A DNA stretch of 64,000 nt from NCBI RefSeq assembly GCF_045037415.1, contig NZ_CP173438.1. The stretch is one strand, 5' to 3'. Positions 12,295 to 24,062 of the stretch are shown piece after piece. The position numbers and the translations under genes are program-made. Position 1 is the first letter of the stretch, and each line of letters begins with the position of its first letter. The notes beneath the pieces are model-generated. The model had not been told where the DNA came from and ran no database searches. It saw only the letters and a list, made by a program, of their open reading frames with translations. The stretch comes from Escherichia coli (GTDB lineage Bacteria > Pseudomonadota > Gammaproteobacteria > Enterobacterales > Enterobacteriaceae).

Positions 12295-13153
12295 GAAGTA
12301 ACTCCAGCAGATATTGGCCGTAGCCAGTTTTCGCTAATGAACTGGCAGCACGCTTCACACCCTCGTCATCGAGCCAGCCGTTACGCCAGGCAATCTCTTC
12401 CAGGCAGGCAATCTTAAAGCCCTGGCGTTTTTCTACTGTCTGCACAAAAGTGCTGGCCTCAATCAGGCTGTCGTGAGTGCCGGTATCCAGCCAGGCAAAT
12501 CCGCGCCCGAGCAGTTCAACGGTCAGGTTGCCCGCCTCGAGGTACATCTGGTTGATGGAGGTAATCTCCAGTTCACCACGCTCCGACGGCTTCACCTGCT
12601 TTGCGTACTCCACGACTTTACTGTCGTAGAAATAAAGCCCGGTCACCGCCCAGTTTGATTTCGGCTGTTTTGGTTTTTCTTCCAGCGAGATAGCGCGGAA
12701 ATTGTCGTCAAACTCCACCACGCCAAAGCGTTCCGGGTCCATCACCTGATAGCCAAATACCGTCGCCCCTTCCGTGCGCGCCGCAACATGACGCAGTTTC
12801 GGACTGAAGCCCTGTCCGAAGAAGATGTTATCGCCCAGCACCAGACAAGAAGGTTCACCGTTGAGGAAGGTTTCACCGATGATAAAGGCCTGCGCCAGGC
12901 CGTCCGGACTGGGCTGTTCGGCATATTCCAGCTGGATACCGAACTCACTGCCGTCACCCAGCAGGCGCTGGAAATAACCTTTATCTTCCGGCGTAGTGAT
13001 GATGAGAATTTCGCGGATACCGGCCAGCATCAGCACCGACAGCGGATAGTAAATCATTGGCTTATCGTAAATCGGCAACAGTTGCTTAGATACGCCGCGC
13101 GTAATCGGATGCAATCGGGTGCCGGAACCGCCCGCCAGGATAATACCTTTCAT
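12272..13153 (-). CDS. rffH: Glucose-1-phosphate thymidylyltransferase
   Basis: ORF track 293 aa, N-terminus [18 protein letters not shown]. Confidence 0.9.
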   Translation of the reverse strand: MKGIILAGGSGTRLHPITRGVSKQLLPIYDKPMIYYPLSVLMLAGIREILIITTPEDKGYFQRLLGDGSEFGIQLEYAEQPSPDGLAQAFIIGETFLNGEPSCLVLGDNIFFGQGFSPKLRHVAARTEGATVFGYQVMDPERFGVVEFDDNFRAISLEEKPKQPKSNWAVTGLYFYDSKVVEYAKQVKPSERGELEITSINQMYLEAGNLTVELLGRGFAWLDTGTHDSLIEASTFVQTVEKRQGFKIACLEEIAWRNGWLDDEGVKRAASSLAKTGYGQYLLELLRARPRQY

Positions 13154-13171
13154 GTTTGCCTCCGCTGAAAA

Positions 13172-14239
13172 TTAGCCTTTCAGACCTAAACGCTCGCCCT
13201 GATAGCTGCCGTCCTGCACCTGCTTCCACCAGCTTTCATTAGCCAGATACCACTGCACCGTTTTACGCATTCCACTTTCAAAGGTTTCCTGCGGCAGCCA
13301 GCCAAGTTCACGGGCAATTTTCGAAGCATCAATGGCATAACGCAGATCATGCCCCGGACGGTCAGCGACAAAGGTGATCAGGTCACGATAGTGCGCCACG
13401 CCGTGCGGCTTATTCGGAGCCAGTTCTTCCAGCAGCTCGCAAATGGTTTCCACAACATCGAGATTCTTACGCTCGTTGTGACCACCAATATTATAGGTTT
13501 CACCGACTTTCCCGGTGGTCGCCACGCAATACAGCGCGCGGGCGTGATCTTCAACATACAGCCAGTCACGGATTTGCTGCCCGTTGCCATATACCGGCAG
13601 CGGTTTACCCGCCAGCGCGTTGAGGATCATCAGCGGGATCAGTTTTTCCGGAAAGTGGTAAGGACCGTAGTTATTCGAGCAGTTGGTGATAAGCGTCGGC
13701 AGACCATAGGTCCGCAGCCAGGCGCGCACCAGATGGTCGCTGCTGGCTTTTGACGCGGAATAAGGGCTGCTCGGCGCATACGGCGTGGTTTCGGTGAAGA
13801 AATCATCCGTCGAGTGCAGGTCACCATATACTTCGTCGGTGGAGATATGATGAAAACGGAACGCTGATTTTTTATCTTCCGTCAGCGCAGTCCAGTAAGC
13901 CCGCGCCGCTTCAAGCAGTGTATAAGTCCCGACAATGTTGGTTTCAATAAACGCTGCCGGGCCGTCAATAGAACGGTCAACATGGCTTTCGGCTGCCAGA
14001 TGCATGACACAGTCTGGCTGATACTCAGTGAATACGCGCGCCAGTTCTGCCCGATCGCAGATATCAACTTTCTCAAAGGCAAAGCGCTCGCTTTGCGCGA
14101 CCGGTGCCAGCGACATCAGGTTTCCGGCGTAGGTCAGCGTATCGACCACCACCACCGCGTCGCTCGTTTCGTTGATGATATAACGCACCAGCGCCGAGCC
14201 AATAAACCCGGCACCACCTGTTATCAGAATCTTTCTCAT
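13172..14239 (-). CDS. rffG: dTDP-glucose 4,6-dehydratase
   Basis: ORF track 355 aa, N-terminus [16 protein letters not shown] (Rossmann). Confidence 0.9.
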   Translation of the reverse strand: MRKILITGGAGFIGSALVRYIINETSDAVVVVDTLTYAGNLMSLAPVAQSERFAFEKVDICDRAELARVFTEYQPDCVMHLAAESHVDRSIDGPAAFIETNIVGTYTLLEAARAYWTALTEDKKSAFRFHHISTDEVYGDLHSTDDFFTETTPYAPSSPYSASKASSDHLVRAWLRTYGLPTLITNCSNNYGPYHFPEKLIPLMILNALAGKPLPVYGNGQQIRDWLYVEDHARALYCVATTGKVGETYNIGGHNERKNLDVVETICELLEELAPNKPHGVAHYRDLITFVADRPGHDLRYAIDASKIARELGWLPQETFESGMRKTVQWYLANESWWKQVQDGSYQGERLGLKG

Positions 14240-15501
14240 CAGCGCCAGACTCCTTTGGCATCGACGACATACTGCTGATGGACGTTGTCGCCATTGATAA
14301 CTTTGAACTGACTATGATCGACCAGCATCACCAGCACATCTGCCGTTGCCAGCGCCTCGTCAAGCTGCGCCAGAGTACAAAGCCCGGTCAGTTTCTTCGG
14401 CAACTGGTGGATGTTAGGCTCAACAACCAGCGTTTCGCCGCTGTGCCACTGGGCGATCAGTTCAGCGATTTCCATTGCCGGACTTTCGCGCAGGTCATCA
14501 ATATTCGGTTTAAACGCCAGACCAAAGCAGGCGATTTTCAGTTCATTGGCGCGTTTATCGGTAGCAGCCAGACAATCAGCCACCGCCGCTTTCACCTGAT
14601 CGATAACCCAGAACGGTTTGTGATCGTTCACTTCGCGCGCGGTACGGATAAGCCGCGCCTGCTGGGGGTTCTGTGCCACGATAAACCACGGATCAACAGC
14701 GATGCAGTGACCGCCCACGCCAGGGCCTGGCTGAAGAATATTGACGCGAGGGTGACGATTCGCCAGGCGAATCAGTTCCCAGACGTTAATCCCCTGATCG
14801 GCACAAATCAGCGACAATTCATTAGCAAAAGCGATATTCACATCGCGGAAGCTGTTTTCGGTGAGCTTACACATTTCCGCCGTCCGCGAGTTAGTGACGA
14901 CACACTCACCTTCGAGGAAAATTTTGTACAGTTCGCTGGCGCGGGCCGAACAAACCGGCGTCATACCACCAATCACGCGATCGTTTTTAATCAGCTCGAC
15001 CATAACCTGGCCCGGTAATACGCGTTCCGGGCAGTAAGCAATGTTGACGTCCGCCAACTCGCCCACCTGCTGTGGGAAAGTGAGATCTGGACGCATCTCT
15101 GCTAACCATTCTGCCATCTTCTCGGTTGACCCCACCGGCGAGGTGGATTCAAGGATCACTAACGCGCCTTTTTTCAGCACTGGCGCAATGGAGCGAGCAG
15201 CCGATTCAACGTAGGTCATATCTGGCTCATGATCGCCTTTAAACGGTGTGGGTACAGCAATCAACCAGGCATCCGCTTCAACTGGCGTCGTGCTCGCTCG
15301 TAAAAAACCGCCTTCTACGGCAGTTTTTACTACGCTCGCCAAATCAGGCTCGACGATATGGATTTCGCCACGATTGATGGTATCAACCGCGTGTTGGTTG
15401 ATATCGACACCAATCACCTGTTTTTGCCTTGAGGCAAACGCAGCTGCTGTAGGCAGCCCGATGTAACCCAGTCCGATAACAGAAATGGTCGCAAAACTCA
15501 T
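14239..15501 (-). CDS. wecC: UDP-N-acetyl-D-mannosamine dehydrogenase
   Basis: ORF track 420 aa, N-terminal GxGxxG. Confidence 0.9.
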   Translation of the reverse strand: MSFATISVIGLGYIGLPTAAAFASRQKQVIGVDINQHAVDTINRGEIHIVEPDLASVVKTAVEGGFLRASTTPVEADAWLIAVPTPFKGDHEPDMTYVESAARSIAPVLKKGALVILESTSPVGSTEKMAEWLAEMRPDLTFPQQVGELADVNIAYCPERVLPGQVMVELIKNDRVIGGMTPVCSARASELYKIFLEGECVVTNSRTAEMCKLTENSFRDVNIAFANELSLICADQGINVWELIRLANRHPRVNILQPGPGVGGHCIAVDPWFIVAQNPQQARLIRTAREVNDHKPFWVIDQVKAAVADCLAATDKRANELKIACFGLAFKPNIDDLRESPAMEIAELIAQWHSGETLVVEPNIHQLPKKLTGLCTLAQLDEALATADVLVMLVDHSQFKVINGDNVHQQYVVDAKGVWR

Positions 15502-16628
15502 AGTGATATCCGATTATTTTTTAACGCTTCCAGAATGCGAGAGCATGCCTGACCATCACCATACGGGTTATGGGCGCGGCTCATAGCTTGATATTCGTTT
15601 TCGTCTTTTAAAAGACGCGTCACTTCCTCGACAATTCGCTGCTTATCCGTGCCGACCAGACGCACCGTACCCGCCGTCACCGCTTCCGGACGCTCAGTGG
15701 TATCGCGCATCACCAGCACCGGTTTCCCCAGCGAAGGCGCTTCTTCCTGAATGCCGCCTGAGTCGGTCAAAATCAGCCAGGCGTGGTTCATCAGCCAGAC
15801 AAACGGTAAATACTCCTGGGGATCGATCAGAATGACATTTTTCACATGCCCCAGAATGCGATTGACCGGCTCTCTGACGTTCGGGTTGAGATGCACCGGA
15901 TAGACAATCTGGATGTCCTGGTGCGTGGTGGCGATGTCTGCCAGCGCATGGCAGATTTCTTCAAAGCCACGACCGAAGCTCTCACGCCTGTGACCGGTCA
16001 CCAGAATCATCTTTTTATCGGGGTCGATAAACGGGTAATTTGCCGCCAGTTCTGAACGCAGCGTATCGCTGCTCATCACCTGGTCACGCACCCATAACAG
16101 TGCATCAATGACTGTATTACCAGTAATGAAGATTCGGCTATCCGCAACGTTTTCACGCAGCAAGTTTTGCCGGGAAGTTTCGGTTGGAGAAAAATGATAC
16201 ATCGCCAGATGCCCGGTCAATGTACGGTTAGCCTCTTCCGGCCACGGCGAATAGAGATCGCCCGTGCGCAGACCAGCCTCAACGTGACCAACAGGAATAC
16301 GCTGATAAAACGCCGCCAGGCTGGTTGCCAGCGTCGTCGTAGTATCGCCGTGAACCAGCACGACATCTGGTTTGAACTCGGCAAGAATAGGTTTTAGCCC
16401 TTCCAGAATCCGACAGGTTATCTCTGTAAGGCCTTGTCCTGGCTGCATTATGTTGAGATCGTAGTCAGGTACAATGGAAAAGAGTTTCAGCACCTGATCG
16501 AGCATCTCCCGATGCTGCGCAGTGACGCAAACTTTAGCCTCAAAAAAAGGATCTTTTGCCAACGCATGCACCAACGGTGCCATCTTGATGGCTTCCGGGC
16601 GCGTACCAAATACAGTCAGTACTTTCAC
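15498..16628 (-). CDS. wecB: UDP-N-acetylglucosamine 2-epimerase
   Basis: ORF track 15498..16670; start trimmed to GTG giving [15 protein letters not shown] (376 aa). Confidence 0.85.
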   Translation of the reverse strand: MKVLTVFGTRPEAIKMAPLVHALAKDPFFEAKVCVTAQHREMLDQVLKLFSIVPDYDLNIMQPGQGLTEITCRILEGLKPILAEFKPDVVLVHGDTTTTLATSLAAFYQRIPVGHVEAGLRTGDLYSPWPEEANRTLTGHLAMYHFSPTETSRQNLLRENVADSRIFITGNTVIDALLWVRDQVMSSDTLRSELAANYPFIDPDKKMILVTGHRRESFGRGFEEICHALADIATTHQDIQIVYPVHLNPNVREPVNRILGHVKNVILIDPQEYLPFVWLMNHAWLILTDSGGIQEEAPSLGKPVLVMRDTTERPEAVTAGTVRLVGTDKQRIVEEVTRLLKDENEYQAMSRAHNPYGDGQACSRILEALKNNRISL

Positions 16629-16683
16629 ATCGATTCTCTTCGAATAAGCGGCGAGCGCCTTTGCGCTCACCGCAGCAGTGTTG

Positions 16684-17730
16684 CTATTTCGAGCAACGGC
16701 GGGTTAATGCGACACCAGCCCCGATCAGTCCCCCGACAATGCCCCACATAATCATCAGGAAGGCACGACGTGGGCTATCGCGTTTTACCGGTTCTTCCGG
16801 CGTACGCAAATAGCGATAGGTCTGAAAACGCGGATCCAGGGTTGGACCAACATTCAGGGTGTTTAACATGGCCCGATTTTGATCATAGTCGAGATCAAAG
16901 GCCGGACCGACGGCCTGTAAATTTTCCAGTCGAGCCTGGAGCATTGGACGCCCAAGCAGGAACATTTCTGAATCAGGTAATTCCTCGGCAGGCACATCTG
17001 TCGCACTGCGCGAAATATTATGCTGCTCAGCAATTTTCAGCGCCTGTTCAATACTGTTCATCCGGCGGTCATAGATGGCTTTCGCCACCTCTTCCTGACG
17101 CTTCACCTGAGCTTTCATCTGGATAGTGCGTGCCGCCCATGCGCCTTTCAGCTCATCATTCAGATGGCTGGCTGCACGCTGGCTGGCAAAAGCAACATAC
17201 TGACGTAACAGGTTATTAGCGTCAGGCGCGGTTTCGGCAATAAGCTTCACGCTGTCATTGACCGCGCGGGTAAAGTCACCGGGAATAAACACGATGTTGT
17301 TAATCATTTCATCCAGCAACGCCGCATCGGCTTTGCTGTTGCCCACCATCCGCTGTTTGTAATAGTCGGTTTGCAGCCAGAACTCTCTGCGGGTATCCCA
17401 CGAGGCCAGTTGCATAACAAACTCTTTATAAGCTTCGTCCATGACCGATGGTTGGTCGGCAGAAGCCATGTTTGAACGGACATCCAGGTTACGCAAAAAT
17501 TGCTGCTGTGAGTAGTACCCGCCCAGCATATTCACCGTTGGACGATCGGTAATCGCCGTCGCGCTCCACTCCTGACGAGCAAAAAAAGTATACGCCAGCG
17601 CGATTAACGCAAACGCCAGCCCCATGCCAATAATCCATAGCTTCCCAGCCCACAAGGTACGAAACAACCCACGAATATCCAGTTCATTTTCAGCGTCTTC
17701 GGCCGGTTTCCCAGGCATTGGTTGTGTCAT
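16684..17730 (-). CDS. wzzE: ECA chain-length regulator
   Basis: ORF track; start at second Met (MTQPMPGK...). Confidence 0.9.
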   Translation of the reverse strand: MTQPMPGKPAEDAENELDIRGLFRTLWAGKLWIIGMGLAFALIALAYTFFARQEWSATAITDRPTVNMLGGYYSQQQFLRNLDVRSNMASADQPSVMDEAYKEFVMQLASWDTRREFWLQTDYYKQRMVGNSKADAALLDEMINNIVFIPGDFTRAVNDSVKLIAETAPDANNLLRQYVAFASQRAASHLNDELKGAWAARTIQMKAQVKRQEEVAKAIYDRRMNSIEQALKIAEQHNISRSATDVPAEELPDSEMFLLGRPMLQARLENLQAVGPAFDLDYDQNRAMLNTLNVGPTLDPRFQTYRYLRTPEEPVKRDSPRRAFLMIMWGIVGGLIGAGVALTRRCSK

Positions 17731-17741
17731 CACATCCTCAT

Positions 17742-18845
17742 TTATTTGGTTAAATTGGGGCTGCCACCACGATTTCTACGCAGTCTGCGTTTTACGCGCT
17801 TAATAAAGCGAGCAACTTTCCAGGCACGCTTGATGCAATATCCATAGAGGAAGAATGCTAGCAAAAAGAGCACCAGCATGACCCACTCCGGGACAAAATG
17901 AGAATATTCTGCCAGCACGCCAATGGAAGCGAGCAATGCTGCGGCAAGGGTAATCAGCACAAACGCCTGGCGGGAAGTAAACCCGGCACGCATGATCAAA
18001 TGGTGAATATGCTGACGGTCTGGAGAGAATGGGCTCATGCCTTTACGCAGGCGACGGTACATAATCGCCACCATATCCATTAGCGGAATGGCGATAATCC
18101 ACAAAGCGGTAACCGGGCTGATGGGATGAGTTTTGCCCTGGGTCGTTTCGAGCAGGATCCAGATAACGGTAAAACCAATCAGCGTACTGCCCGCATCCCC
18201 CATAAAGACTTTGTAGCGGCGACCCAGGATACCAAGGTTAAGCATGATGTATGGCAGGATGGCGGCGATCATCGCAAAGCACCAGATTGCGAGACTGGTT
18301 TGCCCGTCGAACCACAAAATCATACCGATTGCTGCAAACGAGACGCAGGACAACCCGCCCAGCAAGCCATCAATGCCATCAACCATGTTGAACGCATTAA
18401 TGGCCGCCCAGACGGCAAATAGCGTCAGGAAGTAACCAAACGGTCCGAGCACCATCTCCCAGGAGCCAAAGATATAACCCAGGCTACTGAGATAAAGTTT
18501 GCCGAACACCATCATAACAATGCCAACAGCGGCCTGTATGGTGGCTCGGATTTTTACGCTGATATCAAAACGGTCATCCAGCGCGCCAATGAAAACAAGC
18601 ACACCAGCACAAGCGAGATAGAGAGATGCATGCGGAATATAGTAGTCGACAATTCCGAACGTGAAGCAAATCCCTGCGTAAACCGAAATCCCCCCAACGA
18701 GAGGTATCAATCCCTGGTGACGTTTGCGGAAGTTTGGTTTATCCACTAAACCGACTTTTTTTGCCACCTTACGGGCAAAAAACAGAAACAGTGTCGTGAA
18801 TAAAAAAATACTGATGAGATCAGTACTCACTGTCAGTAAATTCAC
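17742..18845 (-). CDS. wecA: UDP-GlcNAc:undecaprenyl-phosphate GlcNAc-1-phosphate transferase
   Basis: ORF track 367 aa, polytopic. Confidence 0.9.
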   Translation of the reverse strand: MNLLTVSTDLISIFLFTTLFLFFARKVAKKVGLVDKPNFRKRHQGLIPLVGGISVYAGICFTFGIVDYYIPHASLYLACAGVLVFIGALDDRFDISVKIRATIQAAVGIVMMVFGKLYLSSLGYIFGSWEMVLGPFGYFLTLFAVWAAINAFNMVDGIDGLLGGLSCVSFAAIGMILWFDGQTSLAIWCFAMIAAILPYIMLNLGILGRRYKVFMGDAGSTLIGFTVIWILLETTQGKTHPISPVTALWIIAIPLMDMVAIMYRRLRKGMSPFSPDRQHIHHLIMRAGFTSRQAFVLITLAAALLASIGVLAEYSHFVPEWVMLVLFLLAFFLYGYCIKRAWKVARFIKRVKRRLRRNRGGSPNLTK

Positions 18846-19084
18846 AATGCATGCTCTCAGAGAAAATTATTAGCAGAAGTATAACCACGAAGACCTTTAT
18901 TCAGAAAGGAAAGTCCGTTCCGAACCTACCAGCACTATGCGAAAATTAACCACTTGATATGCAAATTGCATAACACACCAGCAAATTCCAGGAATTTTCC
19001 TAACATCGCCAGCGCGGCATTAAGATTACAGATATAAAAGCAAAACGCCACGTAAACACGTGGCGTTTTTGGCATAAGACAAAT

Positions 19085-20344
19085 TTATGAGCGTTTCATC
19101 ATTTCGAAGAAATCGTCATTGGTCTTGGTCATTGCCAGTTTATTAATGAGGAATTCCATTGCATCGATTTCGCCCATCGGGTGAATGATTTTGCGCAGGA
19201 TCCACATTTTCTGCAGTTCTTCCTGAGTCGTGAGCAGCTCTTCTTTACGGGTACCGGAACGGTTGTAGTCGATAGCCGGGAAGACGCGTTTTTCAGCGAT
19301 CTTACGAGAGAGGTGCAGTTCCATGTTGCCTGTACCTTTAAACTCTTCGTAGATAACTTCGTCCATTTTAGAACCGGTATCGATAAGCGCCGTCGCGATA
19401 ATGGTCAGGCTGCCGCCCTCTTCCACGTTACGCGCCGCACCGAAGAAGCGTTTCGGACGATGCAGGGCGTTGGCGTCCACACCACCGGTCAACACTTTAC
19501 CTGACGCCGGAACAACGGTGTTGTAAGCGCGCGCCAGACGAGTGATGGAGTCGAGCAGAATGATAACGTCTTTCTTGTGCTCAACCAGGCGTTTCGCCTT
19601 CTCGATCACCATTTCCGCAACCTGAACGTGGCGAGATGCGGGTTCGTCAAAGGTAGAAGCAACAACTTCACCTTTTACCAGTCGCTGCATCTCGGTTACT
19701 TCTTCCGGACGTTCGTCGATCAGCAGAACCATCAGCACACAATCCGGGTGGTTGTAAGCAATGCTCTGAGCAATGTTCTGCAGCAGCATGGTTTTACCGG
19801 CTTTCGGCGGTGCCACAATCAGACCACGCTGACCACGACCGATAGGTGATGCCAGATCCAGTACGCGAGCGGTTAAATCTTCCGTAGAACCGTTACCACG
19901 TTCCATACGCAGACGAGAGTTTGCGTGCAGCGGGGTTAAGTTCTCAAAGAGGATTTTGTTGCGGGCGTTTTCAGGTTTGTCGAAGTTAACTTCGTTAACT
20001 TTCAGCAGCGCAAAATAGCGTTCACCTTCTTTCGGCGGGCGAATCTTACCAGAGATGGTATCACCAGTGCGGAGGTTGAAACGGCGGATTTGGCTAGGGG
20101 AAACGTAGATGTCATCAGGACCGGCGAGGTAGGAGCTGTCTGCGGAACGGAGGAAACCAAATCCATCCTGCAATATCTCCAGTACGCCATCACCAAAGAT
20201 ATCTTCGCCACTCTTTGCGTGCTGCTTCAGGATGGCAAAAATAATGTCCTGCTTACGCATACGAGCCAGGTTTTCCAGCCCCATATTTTCGCCGAGAGTG
20301 ATCAGCTCAGAAACCGGCGTATTCTTTAATTCGGTAAGATTCAT
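19085..20344 (-). CDS. rho: Transcription termination factor Rho (419 aa)
   Basis: ORF track 19085..20416; start trimmed to MNLTELKNT; Walker A GKT present. Confidence 0.95.
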
Positions 20345-20428
20345 AGTGGTGTGAGTTCTTAAACTTGGGGTAAATCTCGAACTTAATGTTGTGAATGGTA
20401 TGGCAGGATCATCCATGCCTGTTTACGG

Positions 20429-20530
20429 TCATCGACTCATGTCTTTTCGCTGCCTGGTCACAGGAGAGTACGCAGAACTGAAACGACAAGACGGATTGAG
20501 TGACGAGCCAGAAATCTGTTCACTTCGCAT
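20429..20530 (-). CDS. rhoL: rho operon leader peptide (33 aa)
   Basis: Reverse-strand ORF translates to MRSEQISGSSLNPSCRFSSAYSPVTRQRKDMSR; sits between trxA and rho. Confidence 0.75.
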   Translation of the reverse strand: MRSEQISGSSLNPSCRFSSAYSPVTRQRKDMSR

Positions 20531-20670
20531 TTAAGATAAAACGGGAAGCGTTGGAAATTACAAGATTCAAACTTAATAAGGTATGTTTAATACGAAGTCA
20601 ACACTAAGTTAGCATGACTCACGCCGGGCGTCCAGTTTTTAGCGACGGGGCACCCGAACATGAAATTCCC

Positions 20671-21000
20671 TTACGCCAGGTTAGCGTCGAGGAACTCTTT
20701 CAACTGACCTTTAGACAGTGCGCCCACTTTGGTTGCCGCCACTTCACCGTTTTTGAACAGCAGCAGAGTCGGGATACCACGGATGCCATATTTCGGCGCA
20801 GTGCCAGGGTTTTGATCGATGTTCAGTTTTGCAACGGTCAGTTTGCCCTGATATTCGTCAGCGATTTCATCCAGAATCGGGGCGATCATTTTGCACGGAC
20901 CGCACCACTCTGCCCAGAAATCGACGAGGATCGCCCCGTCCGCTTTGAGTACATCCGTGTCAAAACTGTCGTCAGTCAGGTGAATAATTTTATCGCTCAT
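20671..21000 (-). CDS. trxA: Thioredoxin 1 (109 aa, WCGPC active site)
   Basis: ORF track 20671..21105; start trimmed to [13 protein letters not shown]. Confidence 0.95.
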
Positions 21001-21130
21001 ATATAACTCCACAGGAATAAGCCTGGCGTGTTGGTTTCGTTGTTGGTGTAACATTAACCAACTAAAGGTTGACTTTATTTCACCGGATACGCTTTCGTAA
21101 AGCAATAGTAAGCTGATATTCTACCACACT

Positions 21131-22396
21131 ATGAGCAAAACACATTTAACAGAACAGAAGTTTTCCGACTTCGCCCTGCATCCGAAGGTTGTAGAAGCCC
21201 TTGAAAAAAAAGGGTTTCATAACTGTACGCCCATTCAGGCACTGGCCCTTCCGCTGACGCTGGCGGGTCGTGACGTAGCCGGGCAGGCGCAAACCGGTAC
21301 CGGGAAAACGATGGCGTTTCTTACGTCAACGTTTCATTATCTTCTCTCTCATCCCGCGATTGCTGATCGCAAGGTGAATCAGCCGCGTGCCTTAATTATG
21401 GCACCGACGCGTGAACTTGCCGTGCAGATCCACGCCGACGCGGAACCGCTGGCGGAAGCTACCGGCCTGAAGCTGGGTCTGGCTTACGGTGGTGATGGCT
21501 ACGACAAACAGCTGAAAGTGCTGGAAAGCGGCGTTGACATTCTGATTGGCACCACGGGTCGTTTAATTGACTACGCCAAGCAGAACCACATTAACCTCGG
21601 TGCCATTCAGGTGGTGGTGCTGGACGAAGCCGATCGCATGTACGATCTGGGCTTTATTAAAGATATCCGCTGGCTGTTCCGCCGTATGCCGCCTGCAAAC
21701 CAGCGCCTCAACATGCTGTTCTCCGCCACGCTTTCGTACCGGGTACGTGAACTGGCGTTCGAGCAGATGAACAATGCCGAATATATTGAAGTGGAACCGG
21801 AACAGAAAACGGGCCACCGTATTAAAGAAGAGCTTTTCTACCCTTCTAACGAAGAAAAAATGCGTTTGCTGCAAACGCTGATCGAAGAAGAGTGGCCAGA
21901 CAGAGCGATTATTTTCGCCAACACCAAACACCGTTGTGAAGAGATCTGGGGCCACCTGGCGGCAGATGGTCATCGTGTCGGTTTATTGACAGGCGATGTC
22001 GCGCAGAAAAAACGTCTGCGTATTCTTGATGAATTTACCCGTGGCGATCTGGATATTCTGGTTGCCACCGACGTTGCCGCGCGTGGTTTGCATATTCCTG
22101 CTGTGACACACGTCTTTAACTACGATTTACCCGATGACTGTGAAGATTACGTTCACCGTATTGGTCGTACAGGTCGCGCTGGCGCAAGCGGTCATTCCAT
22201 CAGCCTGGCGTGTGAAGAGTATGCATTGAATTTGCCTGCTATTGAGACCTATATTGGTCACTCAATTCCGGTAAGTAAATACAATCCGGACGCATTGATG
22301 ACCGATCTGCCAAAACCGCTGCGCCTCACGCGCCCGCGCACAGGCAATGGTCCGCGTCGTACTGGCGCTCCGCGTAATCGTCGTCGTTCAGGTTAA
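21131..22396 (+). CDS. rhlB: ATP-dependent RNA helicase RhlB (DEAD-box)
   Basis: ORF track 421 aa; divergent from trxA. Confidence 0.95.
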
Positions 22397-22531
22397 AGAA
22401 AAAATGTCATACTCCAAATCATTCAAGCTGTATCAAGATGGCAAGAGAATGAATCCCGATGAGTTTACTGTCGTAAGTGATTCAGGTGAAAGAATGCAGC
22501 CAACACAGAGACAGATTGAAGGATGAAGAGT

Positions 22532-24016
22532 ATGGGTTCCACCTCGTCGCTGTATGCAGCCATTGATCTCGGTTCGAATAGTTTTCATATGCTGGTTGTG
22601 CGCGAGGTGGCTGGAAGCATCCAGACGCTGACGCGAATAAAACGCAAAGTGCGTCTGGCTGCTGGCCTGAATAGCGAAAATGCCCTGTCTAATGAAGCAA
22701 TGGAGCGCGGTTGGCAATGTCTGCGCCTGTTTGCTGAACGTCTGCAAGATATCCCTCCCCCGCAAATTCGCGTTGTCGCTACGGCGACATTACGCCTTGC
22801 CGTCAATGCGGGTGATTTTATTGCCAAAGCGCAGGAAATCCTCGGTTGTCCGGTACAGGTGATCAGCGGTGAAGAGGAAGCGCGTCTGATTTATCAGGGC
22901 GTTGCTCACACCACTGGCGGTGCCGATCAGCGCCTGGTGGTGGATATCGGCGGAGCCAGTACTGAACTGGTAACCGGCACGGGTGCACAAACCACCTCTT
23001 TGTTCAGCCTGTCGATGGGCTGCGTTACCTGGCTGGAACGCTATTTTGCCGATCGTAATCTGGGGCAGGAAAATTTTGATGCTGCAGAAAAAGCGGCACG
23101 CGAAGTGTTACGTCCGGTTGCCGATGAATTACGGTATCACGGCTGGAAAGTGTGCGTTGGCGCTTCCGGCACCGTGCAGGCGTTACAGGAAATCATGATG
23201 GCACAGGGGATGGATGAACGCATTACCCTGGAAAAGTTGCAGCAACTGAAACAACGCGCCATTCATTGCGGTCGGCTGGAAGAGCTAGAGATTGACGGGC
23301 TGACGCTGGAACGTGCGTTAGTGTTCCCGAGTGGTCTGGCGATCCTGATAGCCATTTTTACCGAACTGAATATTCAGTGTATGACCCTGGCGGGCGGTGC
23401 GCTGCGTGAAGGCCTGGTCTACGGTATGTTGCATCTTACCGTCGAGCAGGATATTCGCAGCCGTACGCTGCGTAATATTCAGCGCCGCTTTATGATCGAT
23501 ATTGATCAGGCACAGCGCGTAGCCAAAGTTGCGGCTAACTTCTTCGAACAGGTGGAAAATGAATGGCATCTTGAAGCAATAAGCCGCGATTTGCTCATCA
23601 GCGCCTGTCAGCTTCATGAAATCGGCCTGAGCGTTGACTTCAAACAAGCGCCGCAACACGCTGCTTATCTGGTGCGTAACCTGGATCTTCCCGGTTTTAC
23701 CCCCGCACAGAAAAAACTGCTGGCGACGCTACTGCTCAACCAGACTAATCCGGTCGATCTCTCATCGCTGCATCAGCAAAATGCCGTACCACCGCGCGTC
23801 GCAGAACAACTCTGCCGTTTACTCCGCCTGGCTATCATTTTTGCCAACCGTCGCCGTGACGATCTCGTGCCAGAGATGACATTACAGGCTAACCATGAAC
23901 TGTTGACCTTGACGCTTCCGCAAGGTTGGCTAACCCAACATCCGCTGGGTAAAGAGATTATTGATCAGGAAAGCCAGTGGCAGAGCTATGTCCACTGGCC
24001 GCTGGAAGTGCATTAA
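22532..24016 (+). CDS. gppA: Guanosine pentaphosphate phosphohydrolase
   Basis: ORF track 22523..24016; start trimmed to [19 protein letters not shown]. Confidence 0.9.
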   Translation: MGSTSSLYAAIDLGSNSFHMLVVREVAGSIQTLTRIKRKVRLAAGLNSENALSNEAMERGWQCLRLFAERLQDIPPPQIRVVATATLRLAVNAGDFIAKAQEILGCPVQVISGEEEARLIYQGVAHTTGGADQRLVVDIGGASTELVTGTGAQTTSLFSLSMGCVTWLERYFADRNLGQENFDAAEKAAREVLRPVADELRYHGWKVCVGASGTVQALQEIMMAQGMDERITLEKLQQLKQRAIHCGRLEELEIDGLTLERALVFPSGLAILIAIFTELNIQCMTLAGGALREGLVYGMLHLTVEQDIRSRTLRNIQRRFMIDIDQAQRVAKVAANFFEQVENEWHLEAISRDLLISACQLHEIGLSVDFKQAPQHAAYLVRNLDLPGFTPAQKKLLATLLLNQTNPVDLSSLHQQNAVPPRVAEQLCRLLRLAIIFANRRRDDLVPEMTLQANHELLTLTLPQGWLTQHPLGKEIIDQESQWQSYVHWPLEVH

Positions 24017-24025
24017 TGAGTAAGT

Positions 24026-24058
24026 GCCGGATGCGATGCTGACACATTTTTTCCGGCC
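24026..24058. repeat. REP-like hairpin / bidirectional terminator between convergent gppA and rep
   Basis: gccggatgcgatgctgacacattttttccggcc: inverted GCCGGA/TCCGGC arms with T-run. Confidence 0.5.
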
Positions 24059-24062
24059 TTGA

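Noticed and set aside
19085-20416. N-terminally extended ORF-track models (rho 443 aa, trxA 144 aa, ilvC 565 aa, ilvE 331 aa, rbsK 318 aa, ravA 506 aa, aslB 421 aa, wecB 390 aa and others)
   Set aside because: The track reports the longest frame including GTG/TTG starts; remembered N-termini of these well-studied proteins begin at internal start codons, so extensions were trimmed
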